A stretch of 64,000 nt of DNA from a virus. The notes under the pieces were generated by a model. The model saw only the letters and a list, made by a program, of their open reading frames with translations, searched no databases and was not told the DNA's origin. Below, piece by piece: positions 19,669-27,748 of the stretch. Positions within the stretch are counted from its first letter, which is position 1. Every line of letters starts with the position of its first letter. The position numbers and the translations under genes are program-made. The DNA lies in IMG/VR virus record IMGVR_UViG_3300029996_000158; one strand, 5' to 3'.

Positions 19669-19868
19669 TACCATTTGATGTAATACAACAAATCCTGGAA
19701 TTAAATTATGACATATCAACAATGCGTAAAGATAATGTTCCGCTTAGTCAAATATCCTCATATTTAAGACAAAAAGAGAAAGAGATTAAAGTAAATTACC
19801 AATTAGATGATATAGACTTAGCTTTGATAAGATTCAACATGTTCAGAAATTTTAACCTGGATTCATAA
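19653..19868 (+). CDS. hypothetical protein
   Basis: 16-nt overlap with the upstream ORF and followed by a strong terminator. Confidence 0.5.
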   Translation: MQSKIIPFDVIQQILELNYDISTMRKDNVPLSQISSYLRQKEKEIKVNYQLDDIDLALIRFNMFRNFNLDS

Positions 19869-19887
19869 TATTAGTTAGTTAAACTTT

Positions 19888-19918
19888 GGTAGGGAATATT
19901 CCCTACCATTTTTTTTTG
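19888..19918 (+). terminator. rho-independent terminator
   Basis: GGTAGGGAA / TTCCCTACC stem followed by a run of nine T. Confidence 0.85.
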
Positions 19919-20005
19919 TTCCATTCTAGAAACTTATATATCTTAATCTTAGGAAAAGAAAAGCAAACAAAACCCAAATTCTGGAACCAAGAATAAACCC
20001 CTATT

Positions 20006-20084
20006 TTATTATATAAAATATTTGCATAATAAAATAAAGCATTATATATTTGCATTAAATAATAATTAAATAAAAAGGATATGG
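20006..20084 (+). promoter_or_regulatory. 79-nt promoter-leader cassette, copy 3
   Basis: Identical to copy 1; TTTGCAT at 20021 and 20049; runs into the ATG at 20081. Confidence 0.7.
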
Positions 20085-20479
20085 AAACAACAGAACAAAA
20101 AATTAACTTGCAACTAAACATTGATGATTACAAATTCTTTGAAACCACTCAATCATTTGATGATGACCAAACCTATTCAAATTTGATACAGGGGTTTATG
20201 GATGACCTTGATTATAAATTGAAAAACATGAATGATTCAGAAGATGAACCAGTAGATGAAGAACTTTATGATAAGATTATTCCAAACAAAAAACTAAAAT
20301 TACAAATATCAATTAATATTGATGTTCCAGAAAAAGAAGCTAATAGTATCATATCTGATATACGATTTATCTATGATAGAAATTCTTTGGTAAAAGACAT
20401 ATATGATATGCTAAATGAATCATCTCTAAATATCCAGGACATAAATAAAGTAATAGATATTGTCAGGTCAAAATTCTAA
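20081..20479 (+). CDS. acidic hypothetical protein
   Basis: Downstream of cassette copy 3; D/E-rich. Confidence 0.65.
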   Translation: METTEQKINLQLNIDDYKFFETTQSFDDDQTYSNLIQGFMDDLDYKLKNMNDSEDEPVDEELYDKIIPNKKLKLQISINIDVPEKEANSIISDIRFIYDRNSLVKDIYDMLNESSLNIQDINKVIDIVRSKF

Positions 20480-20498
20480 CCAATAAATTCTAACTAAT

Positions 20499-20762
20499 AT
20501 GCAATTTAGTAGCTTTATAACCAATAAAATCATTAAAAAACTTATTGAATGGGACCCAGAATTATGGTGGGTAGATATATTACATAATTCTAACTTTAAC
20601 TTTTTCAAGGATTTACAAAATCTGTTAAACTCATATAAAAACCATATAGATATTATATTCTATCGTAATGATGAACAAATATATTTCATTGAACATGGAA
20701 CAGAAAATCCTTGTCATACTTTTAGGGTAGATGATGTAACCTTTTATATAATAATTAAATAA
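20499..20762 (+). CDS. hypothetical protein
   Basis: Co-oriented ORF. Confidence 0.5.
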   Translation: MQFSSFITNKIIKKLIEWDPELWWVDILHNSNFNFFKDLQNLLNSYKNHIDIIFYRNDEQIYFIEHGTENPCHTFRVDDVTFYIIIK

Positions 20763-20769
20763 CACTAAT

Positions 20770-21132
20770 ATGATAAAGAGATTAGTTAACAAAGTAGACC
20801 CAAGTGAATTTTTATCGGATTACACATATAATGCACTTATATACCTATGTGATTCAGGAAAAGAATTTGCTAATTGTTTGAATAATATCCAAGAACATAA
20901 TTTTAAAAAGGAAGCTATAGATTCCCAAATACACAATATGTTCAAACAGGTTCATTTAGAAAACCAAATACATAATTCAGACTTTGGTGCTTTTAAAATA
21001 AATGGGGAAATATACCCATCTATAAAATTCAAACTAAAAGAAGATTTAATACATGACTGGTTCTTAATTGGTACTCCAAATGCTATAATATTATTAGCAA
21101 ATAATCCATTATATGAAACTGAACAAAACTAA
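20770..21132 (+). CDS. hypothetical protein
   Basis: Co-oriented ORF. Confidence 0.55.
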   Translation: MIKRLVNKVDPSEFLSDYTYNALIYLCDSGKEFANCLNNIQEHNFKKEAIDSQIHNMFKQVHLENQIHNSDFGAFKINGEIYPSIKFKLKEDLIHDWFLIGTPNAIILLANNPLYETEQN

Positions 21133-21137
21133 ATATC

Positions 21138-21476
21138 ATGAAACTATCCACAAAAATCCAAAAACTCTTTGATGATACATTCAAAGGGAAAGATTATTAT
21201 AAATTCCTCAATCTGTTATCCACTTATGATAACAGATTCCATACCATAGTAATAAAGGTAGATATGGAATCTATGGAACTAATACAAAAGCTAAGATTAA
21301 TATCATTTCTCATATTATCATCTATATTTAAATATAAGACTGATACCTTTGAACGCATTGGAGAAATAGAAACTGAATTCTTAGTAATAAGGTCCTATCA
21401 AGATAGAAAATACCAAATGAATACAATCTTATTCAAAGACTCTGGAATTATCCAAATAAGCATACTGGAAATATGA
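21138..21476 (+). CDS. hypothetical protein
   Basis: Co-oriented ORF. Confidence 0.55.
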   Translation: MKLSTKIQKLFDDTFKGKDYYKFLNLLSTYDNRFHTIVIKVDMESMELIQKLRLISFLILSSIFKYKTDTFERIGEIETEFLVIRSYQDRKYQMNTILFKDSGIIQISILEI

Positions 21477-21727
21477 AACTGTTAGCTCATCTCATATATC
21501 TATTAAATGAACAAGGGGTAGGTAATACATTTTACCTATCCCCAATCATTAAAAAAATCCTAGATAACCACTATGAACAAGAAAGAAAAGCTAAGTTATC
21601 AACAATGAAGGTATACATTAGGAAGTTTACAAATAATGGTTATCTTAAAAAAGAACCAGGACATTATATCCTATTAAAACCAATCCCAACAGATTTAACT
21701 ACCACAATTATAAGAACTTGGAAATGA
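21473..21727 (+). CDS. hypothetical protein (possible winged-helix)
   Basis: ATGA overlap; the KVYIRKFTNNGYLKKEPGHYILLKP segment resembles a wing, but the evidence is weak. Confidence 0.45.
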   Translation: MKLLAHLIYLLNEQGVGNTFYLSPIIKKILDNHYEQERKAKLSTMKVYIRKFTNNGYLKKEPGHYILLKPIPTDLTTTIIRTWK

Positions 21728-22086
21728 ACTCAGACCTAAAAATTACTTTATCAAGGGTAATAGAAAAACCATTACAAATCAATGGTATAGATACTGAAAC
21801 CCAATACATTCATGAACTATTCAAACGTTTGGTATTCTATGAATTACTAAACAAACTAAACCTAAAAGACCTATACTATTATAGGGACAATGTCAAATAC
21901 TGCCCAGGTAAGGTAGAGATAAACTTCGTACTAAACAAGGAAGAACTAGACCTATTAATAAACCAAATATCCAGTATGGATAATGTACAACAAACCTATA
22001 TAAAATTTCAAAAAGAACTAAGCAATCTAAGCAAGGAAGAACAAAAAGAATTATTAGAGTTAATAATCAGAAGAAATAATATCTAA
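21718..22086 (+). CDS. hypothetical protein
   Basis: 10-nt overlap with the upstream ORF; first gene with the C-rich, G-poor composition. Confidence 0.55.
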   Translation: MEMNSDLKITLSRVIEKPLQINGIDTETQYIHELFKRLVFYELLNKLNLKDLYYYRDNVKYCPGKVEINFVLNKEELDLLINQISSMDNVQQTYIKFQKELSNLSKEEQKELLELIIRRNNI

Positions 22087-22117
22087 GTCTCTAGAACTCA
22101 AAATAAAAAAGCAAATT

Positions 22118-22654
22118 ATGGAAGATTTAAACCTATTATCAGAAAATATAATAAACCAAATCCTAAGTAAAATAACCCAGATAAATTGGAATGAAGACCA
22201 GGTAGATACAACCCTAAACCAAATATCCCAGATAGAAAAAGAACTAAATCTAGACCATGACCTAATCCTACTACCAAACTTCCCATATATAAAGGGTTAC
22301 CTAGACGATTACAAATTCCTGATAATTCTAGAGAATAAAAGATATATCCTCCTCCAAGATATACCAAACCAATTATATGACTATCTAGAACAAATAGAAT
22401 TAATACCAATCCAAGGATATAAAACCACCTACCAAGACCTAGAATACAAATACAAATACCACATCAAGTTCCGAACCCAAATAAACCAAATAAAGAACCA
22501 AGTATCCGATAAAACCGAATCCCTGATAGAGAACCTAATAATAACCAACAACCTAGAAAATATAAACATAGACCTAGTGATTAAATCCGATAAAGAACCT
22601 AATAATATCCCCGAACAAAAACCAACAAAAGAACTTAATCCCAAGACTAAGTAA
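22118..22654 (+). CDS. hypothetical protein
   Basis: 178-aa ORF with a markedly G-poor coding strand. Confidence 0.55.
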   Translation: MEDLNLLSENIINQILSKITQINWNEDQVDTTLNQISQIEKELNLDHDLILLPNFPYIKGYLDDYKFLIILENKRYILLQDIPNQLYDYLEQIELIPIQGYKTTYQDLEYKYKYHIKFRTQINQIKNQVSDKTESLIENLIITNNLENINIDLVIKSDKEPNNIPEQKPTKELNPKTK

Positions 22655-22761
22655 ATAGGATTAAATACTATCAGGTACCCAGAACAAAATAAAGAACCAA
22701 ATCCCAAGACCTAAGAATAAGAACCAACCCCAAACAAAAAATTAATAAAAATAAATAATAT

Positions 22762-22830
22762 AAAGGAACCTAATATAAATACCTCTATATAATAAACTTA
22801 TAAATATAAGGTATCTAAGGTTCCTTTTTT
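22762..22830 (+). terminator. long hairpin terminator closing the early gene array
   Basis: AAAGGAACC (22762-22770) pairs with GGTTCCTTT (22819-22827), with inner ATACCT/AGGTAT pairing, followed by a T run. Confidence 0.6.
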
Positions 22831-23049
22831 GTTTCAGGATTATTAAATCCCAGTATAAAAATAGACCTTCCCAAAAAATTGAAAAAACCTATTTCTAAGC
22901 TCAAAACTAATATCAAAATAGCTCACTTTTGAGCCCAAAGCCGGGATGTTTTTCGGTAGCTCTAGGAAGTTCCAAGGAGTACTGTTCCCACCTACCCAAA
23001 GGCTACCTTGTGGCCCTTATTTTAGGGCCCAAAAGGCTGCCCAGAGGTA

Positions 23050-23101
23050 CCTAAAAAGCCCTAAAACCCCTACCTAAAATTGCCTAAAAGGCAACCTAAA
23101 A
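23050..23101 (+). repeat. five CCTAAAA iteron-like repeats at 10-13 nt spacing
   Basis: CCTAAAA at 23050, 23060, 23073, 23083 and 23095. Confidence 0.85.
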
Positions 23102-23226
23102 TCCAAATCTAGGTACCTAAGAATCCTTATCTAGGACCTTCAAGGATTAAAGCCCAAATGACGACATACCTCTATATATCATACAAAACATATACTATTC
23201 AAAATCCCAAGAAATAAATTGCCTAA

Positions 23227-23244
23227 ATCCGAATCCGAATCCGA
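23227..23244 (+). repeat. (ATCCGA)x3 tandem repeat
   Basis: ATCCGAATCCGAATCCGA. Inverted TTCGGAT-like copies occur at about 23451 and 23541. Confidence 0.85.
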
Positions 23245-23303
23245 ACCTTAACCCAATACTCCCTCTAATATAATATATATATTATATAATAAAGTACTTA
23301 GGA

Positions 23304-23317
23304 TTCAAGGCCTTGAA
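23304..23317. repeat. perfect 14-bp palindrome TTCAAGGCCTTGAA
   Basis: Read directly from the sequence; it is the symmetry centre of the surrounding motif field. Confidence 0.95.
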
Positions 23318-23846
23318 ATTATTTAGGATTCTGAAAGAATACTGATATACTATAGTATTGAGTACTATCATGCTTTAAATTAAAATCCTAATCCTACTAG
23401 GCCTTAAATTTACTTTATATTATTATATAATATATATATATAATATAAGGGTTCGGATTTATTAATTTAGGCAATTCTGGGTACCCAGAATTATTAGGTT
23501 TAGGTACCTATATTTAGGGATTTTGGGTTCTGGTTTATAATCGGATTTTGTTTTCAGGTACCTAGAATAGGTAATTTATTTTAGGATTTAGGGCCCAAAA
23601 GTATCTGGGATTTTTAAAATTTCCCATCAACAATGTGCAAAAGATTTAAGGCCCTTTGGGTTATTTTCAATAAACATCTTAGTAAGTTATTAGTATAAAG
23701 TTAAGAGTTAATATTAAAACTAATAAATAAGTTCTAGAAGGTATATTAAAATTAATGATAAGTAGACCATATAGTGGAGATATGAGATATCAAGTATATT
23801 TTAGAGGATTAAAAATTAAGGCTTAATTCAAGGCCCCGAATTTTTA

Positions 23847-23881
23847 TTTGCATATTATTATATTATATATTATATTTGCAT
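23847..23881 (+). promoter_or_regulatory. Bacteroidota-type promoter (-33 TTTGCAT / -7 TAtaTTTGcat)
   Basis: TTTGCAT at 23847 and 23875 (28 nt apart), upstream of the ATG at 23932. Confidence 0.65.
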
Positions 23882-23931
23882 TGCAATTAAATGCAATAAT
23901 ATTATTTAACAACACTTAAACATTAAACACA

Positions 23932-24297
23932 ATGATTACAATCAAAAGTCATTTTTCATTCTCAGGAATCAATATTCCTAGTACAGTTACTTGTTCAATT
24001 ACCTCTTATTTTAAGGGGGACACCTTTATCCAGGACATTGATTTCCCAACCACATTAATCACAGAGCCTCTGGGACAAAATTACATTAAAACAATAATAA
24101 AAAACAATCTAGAGACTCTAGAAAACTACCTAACCCAGTTAAGACAATATCCTAATGACTCAGAAATTGCCTCGGAAACAATAGAACTATTCAATGCAAT
24201 AAAACAAATAAATAAACACTTATTGCCCAATAACCAAATATTTGACCTAGACTCATATAACCCAACAATACAAAACCTTTTAAATAACTTAAAATAA
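23932..24297 (+). CDS. hypothetical protein
   Basis: ORF with its own promoter; C-rich, G-poor coding strand. Confidence 0.55.
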   Translation: MITIKSHFSFSGINIPSTVTCSITSYFKGDTFIQDIDFPTTLITEPLGQNYIKTIIKNNLETLENYLTQLRQYPNDSEIASETIELFNAIKQINKHLLPNNQIFDLDSYNPTIQNLLNNLK

Positions 24298-24305
24298 TAA
24301 CCACT

Positions 24306-24728
24306 ATGGATGCTCTAGAACTTAACAATCAAATTGCACAATTAATCACAGATTTCATCGCTTATATCCCCACAATAGGGGAATTCGACCCAAGCAATGA
24401 AAGACCTAACAAGGATTTCATTCCAATCCTAGAACTTGCAAACCTAAATTACACATTGCACCCAAATGATCACTCCTCACAATTAAATATAACGCTTAGA
24501 AATACAATGGATTCTAAGGAAGAGGAATTCAATGAATATCTACAAAATAGAATCGGTGAATATGTTCAAGGTTTCATTGAAAAGTTAACACAATTAACAG
24601 GATTACATCAAATCCCAGTTAATAATACCCAATTAAAAATATATCAACACCCAAGAATGGGGGATACCTTAACATATCATGAATCAGATTTCAATTATTA
24701 TATTACTTATTCACAATATTTAGACTAA
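24306..24728 (+). CDS. hypothetical protein
   Basis: Follows the previous ORF by 8 nt and is followed by a terminator. Confidence 0.55.
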   Translation: MDALELNNQIAQLITDFIAYIPTIGEFDPSNERPNKDFIPILELANLNYTLHPNDHSSQLNITLRNTMDSKEEEFNEYLQNRIGEYVQGFIEKLTQLTGLHQIPVNNTQLKIYQHPRMGDTLTYHESDFNYYITYSQYLD

Positions 24729-24761
24729 GTTTCCATAATAATAACATAATCCTGAATGACT

Positions 24762-24791
24762 GGGAGACCTAAAAAGTCTCCCTTTCTTTTT
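24762..24791 (+). terminator. rho-independent terminator
   Basis: GGGAGAC / GTCTCCC stem followed by TTTCTTTTT. Confidence 0.8.
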
Positions 24792-24984
24792 GTGAATCAG
24801 AAAATTCCTACCAACAAAGGCCCAAACCGAAAAGAGCCTTTACCTTATGACAATTATTGTAATCCTGATTTTAAGAATCACCCAATAAATTACTTCCTAC
24901 GCCCTATAACACATCCTGACCCAATATTCAGGAACTCAATCCTACACTTACCCACTGGGAGCAAAATTATTATATAATATATGA

Positions 24985-25013
24985 TTGGAATAAAAATATA
25001 ATTATTATATTTG
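24985..25013 (+). promoter_or_regulatory. Bacteroidota-type promoter (-33 TTG / -7 TAtaTTTG)
   Basis: TTG at 24985-24987, an 18-nt spacer, then TATATTTG at 25006-25013, 33 nt before the ATG at 25046. Confidence 0.55.
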
Positions 25014-25045
25014 CATTGTATTATTAACAACTAAAATTTATTTTT

Positions 25046-25603
25046 ATGGAAACAAAAAATTATTTAGAGAGAGTAAACGAATTAAATGCAATTGCAACTA
25101 ATTTATTTATGGGACCCACAAAACCCAATTACAAACTTGCCATAATTACGACCATAGACTATGCAGGAGCCTATGGACTTGCATTACCTGGCAGCCTAAA
25201 CCTTATTAATAACGAATACTTCGAAATAACGGGTAATCCAGAACTCGAGGGTTACTTTGCCCAAGTAACCTCCTTACCCTTTACCACTCAGGAAAACCTA
25301 AAACGACAAATCGCTTTAATAATAAATTACAACATAATTTACCTAAATAACTGGTTAAACTCCAATCCTGACGATGGGGACTATTTCGACTATATACCTA
25401 GCTTAATCGACCAAATGCTCCAACTAATAAACTTAGGCTTTAAAACCTTGGACACTTTTAAAACGGAATACAACCATATTTACGAAAAACTCCAAACACA
25501 AATTAATAAATATAACGAAATGGACCCCGAAAACGGTGCAAACCATATTAACCTAAATACCTTCACCTTAACCGAAGGTTACATGATACATATGCACCTA
25601 TAA
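25046..25603 (+). CDS. hypothetical protein
   Basis: Stand-alone promoter-ORF-terminator unit. Its start region TTTATGGAAACAAAAAATT is shared with the 26317 ORF. Confidence 0.6.
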   Translation: METKNYLERVNELNAIATNLFMGPTKPNYKLAIITTIDYAGAYGLALPGSLNLINNEYFEITGNPELEGYFAQVTSLPFTTQENLKRQIALIINYNIIYLNNWLNSNPDDGDYFDYIPSLIDQMLQLINLGFKTLDTFKTEYNHIYEKLQTQINKYNEMDPENGANHINLNTFTLTEGYMIHMHL

Positions 25604-25620
25604 AAAACCTAAACCCAATT

Positions 25621-25653
25621 AGGAGCCCTCAACAATGGGCTCCTTTTATTTTC
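25621..25653 (+). terminator. rho-independent terminator
   Basis: AGGAGCCC / GGGCTCCT stem followed by TTTATTTTC. A second 9-bp hairpin (CTTAAAGGG / CCCTTTAAG) follows at 25656-25683. Confidence 0.85.
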
Positions 25654-25706
25654 GCCTTAAAGGGACCACCTACGCCCTTTAAGCAAAATTAGCAAATTTT
25701 ATCAAT

Positions 25707-25751
25707 CGCTTGAATCCTTATATCGCTTGAAAATAACCACATACGCTTGAA
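25707..25751 (+). repeat. three direct CGCTTGAA repeats
   Basis: CGCTTGAA at 25707, 25724 and 25744 (spacing 17 and 20 nt). Confidence 0.85.
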
Positions 25752-26135
25752 AACCTTTTACTATCTAATCTTTCCTTATCTATCAAAGAAACAAGGCAAT
25801 ATATAAACCCTATTCTAGAGCCTCAAAGAATTTAAACATATTTACTCTAATGGCCATAATTCTATTATTTCTAAGAAATATTACTTCCTACCTGATTTAC
25901 TACATACCCAATCCTAAATATATAACCCAATATAAATACCAACAAATCGATTTCCTAAAACTATACATACCTAATCAGATAATTAATATATTGCTAACAA
26001 CGCATGTGCACCTTTCAGGCATACCAACAATGGTTCCCATCAACAAGGGCCTAATCTTACTAACGCCTTCAGACCCCCGTGGCAAATTTGTAAAAAATTG
26101 TAAAAAGAAATAAAAATAAAAATTATTTATTTTCA

Positions 26136-26188
26136 TTCTAAATAATTTTTTATTTAGAAAATTTCTAAATAATTTTTTTCTAAATAAT
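26136..26188 (+). repeat. three direct TTCTAAATAAT repeats, the first embedded in a 20-bp palindrome
   Basis: TTCTAAATAAT at 26136, 26163 and 26178. CTAAATAATTTTTTATTTAG at 26138-26157 is a perfect inverted repeat. Confidence 0.85.
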
Positions 26189-26205
26189 AATTTTTATTTT
26201 TTAAC

Positions 26206-26236
26206 TTGCACAATAAAAATAAAAGCCCTATATTTG
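26206..26236 (+). promoter_or_regulatory. Bacteroidota-type promoter (-33 TTG / -7 TAtaTTTG)
   Basis: TTG at 26206-26208, a 20-nt spacer, then TATATTTG at 26229-26236. Confidence 0.5.
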
Positions 26237-26316
26237 TAACGTAATCGAAAGGGAGATATTTCCTAATTCATTACACATTATTATATTATTGTTTAACTTT
26301 CTAATTTTTTTTATTT

Positions 26317-26676
26317 ATGGAAACAAAAAATTTTATCGACGAATTATTAACAAGTGACGTATTTGTTAAAAATTCAAATGGAAAAAAATCCTCAATTTAT
26401 AAGAGGGAATTATTTGCGGGATTGTTGGACGACGACAAAAAAAAATTACGTAGAAAGTTACGTAAAACTTTACAAAACAAATTTTTAGCCACATTTTTAA
26501 CAATTCGTAAAAATGAAACTGAATTGAAAAAATTGTCAAAAATTTGGGTTGAATACGCAAACAAAGTATATAATAATATAGATATTGTTTGCGAATCAAA
26601 TACAGATATTGAAACGCAAAAACTAATTAAGCAATTTTTGGAATCAATGAAAAATTGTGCTGCAAAAACAAAATAA
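26317..26676 (+). CDS. hypothetical basic protein
   Basis: ORF downstream of the promoter and repeat field; contains KKKLRRKLRKTLQNK. Confidence 0.55.
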   Translation: METKNFIDELLTSDVFVKNSNGKKSSIYKRELFAGLLDDDKKKLRRKLRKTLQNKFLATFLTIRKNETELKKLSKIWVEYANKVYNNIDIVCESNTDIETQKLIKQFLESMKNCAAKTK

Positions 26677-26686
26677 ATTTCTAATT

Positions 26687-26712
26687 GAGTAGGGGGATAA
26701 ACTCCCCTACTC
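26687..26712 (+). terminator. hairpin without U tract (possible terminator)
   Basis: GAGTAGGGG / CCCCTACTC stem with an 8-nt loop, followed by A-rich sequence. Confidence 0.4.
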
Positions 26713-26731
26713 CAAAAATCAAAAAAAAATA

Positions 26732-27049
26732 ATGAAAAGGGAAAATAAACGTTATATTAACTTTGTCAGAAAGGAAATACAAAACGAATTAGATATTTTT
26801 CAAAGTTTTTTTTCAACTCCAATTTTTGAAAAAAAAGTTGTGTATAAAGACGGGGATAAGATTTATATTTGCTTTCGTGATAATGAAAAGTTTTTAGAAA
26901 AATTTAATCAAAATTTTTACAAAGACTTAAAAAGAAAAATTCTTATCTCGATTCGTTCTAAACTAATTCGTGATAAAAAATTTAAGTTAAAACGATTGGT
27001 CAATTTTGAAAAACAAAATATTACTGCAATCATTTATGAAACTCTTTAA
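26732..27049 (+). CDS. hypothetical basic protein
   Basis: ORF followed by a terminator. Confidence 0.55.
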   Translation: MKRENKRYINFVRKEIQNELDIFQSFFSTPIFEKKVVYKDGDKIYICFRDNEKFLEKFNQNFYKDLKRKILISIRSKLIRDKKFKLKRLVNFEKQNITAIIYETL

Positions 27050-27116
27050 TGATTTATAATAAGGAAAGGTTATTTATCGAAATGGAATAATATTTTTTAG
27101 TTAATTAAGTTAATAA

Positions 27117-27145
27117 GGGGGACAAAATTTGTCCCCTATTTTTTT
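27117..27145 (+). terminator. rho-independent terminator
   Basis: GGGGAC / GTCCCC stem followed by TATTTTTTT. Confidence 0.8.
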
Positions 27146-27439
27146 ACATTATTTTGTTAAATATTGGACACCCTACCCCCCTCTAAATGCCACTACCCAA
27201 ACAGCCTATAGTAATGGGCCCACTGGGGGATTGAACTACTGAACAACTAAGGTAACGAACAACTAAAAGAACTTTAAGAACAAGGAGAATAAGGAACCCC
27301 AAAAAAATCTGAACACCCCCTATCCCATTTCATAAACCAAAACCCAAATTATCCCTCAAGCCCAATTTCAAAAAAAAATCCAATCCCATATATAGTAATG
27401 GGTTCCCAAAAATCCTTATAAATCCAAACCTTATTTCAA

Positions 27440-27492
27440 TTAAAAAGGGCTACCTCTAAGAAAATATAAATATATCTTCAAAGAGATAACCC
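27440..27492 (-). terminator. rho-independent terminator of the reverse-strand cassette
   Basis: On the minus strand GGGTTATCTCT pairs with AGAGGTAGCCC (the two mismatches become G-U pairs only on this strand), followed by TTTTTAA. Confidence 0.65.
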
Positions 27493-27511
27493 TAAAATAA
27501 AAACTAAAACT

Positions 27512-27748
27512 CTAGAAAAGAATATAAAGAATAAATCCTATGCCATATAAAATAACCATAACTGAATTCCATAAATCCTTATTGAATACTTTATTCAAAT
27601 GGTCAAATACAATTGAGATTAGGTTTAATATTAAAACCAGGGAAAGGATTACTACCAATATAATGGATTTCTCATCACCAGCAAAATATTGCATTAGGAA
27701 AAACCCAAAAGAAAATCCAAAGAATAGATTTATAATATCTCTTGTCAT
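27512..27748 (-). CDS. small multi-pass membrane protein
   Basis: 78 aa with three hydrophobic segments; ATGA overlap with the upstream gene. Confidence 0.6.
   Translation of the reverse strand: MTRDIINLFFGFSFGFFLMQYFAGDEKSIILVVILSLVLILNLISIVFDHLNKVFNKDLWNSVMVILYGIGFILYILF

Larger units (their letters stand above)
23020..23601. other. dyad-symmetric motif field (candidate origin or DNA-processing site)
   Basis: GGGCCC at 23025 and 23591, and GGTACC at 23112 and 23503, are mirrored about the perfect palindrome at 23304-23317. The arms share degenerate homology (CCTAAAATCCAAATCTAGGTACCTAA versus the reverse complement CCCAAAATCCCTAAATATAGGTACCTAA). Confidence 0.5.

Noticed and set aside
19903-20121. 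72-aa minus-strand ORF.
   Set aside because: It spans the + strand terminator U tract and the whole promoter cassette copy 3, so it is a chance open frame in AT-rich DNA.
22116-22707. Two minus-strand ORFs (22116-22409, 22429-22707) that would restore a G-rich coding strand in the skew-inverted block.
   Set aside because: Their products are G/L-rich repetitive strings (..GLGHGLDLVLFLSGIFGLGLYLPGL..). The promoters and terminators of the block face the + direction. They are kept as an alternative only in the skew finding.
23440-23465. GGGTTCGGATTT resembles a tRNA T-arm, which raised the possibility of a tRNA in the ORF-free region.
   Set aside because: I could not build an acceptor stem, D-arm or anticodon arm around it. 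It is better explained as the inverted copy of the ATCCGA repeats.
24756-24977. 73-aa + strand ORF.
   Set aside because: It begins inside the stem-loop and U tract of the terminator at 24762-24791. It is P/N-rich and has no promoter, so it is most likely non-coding spacer.
25850-26113. 87-aa + strand ORF in the long spacer.
   Set aside because: It has no upstream promoter motif and a low-complexity I/L/Y/N-rich sequence. It lies between repeat arrays, so the coding call is not supportable from sequence alone.
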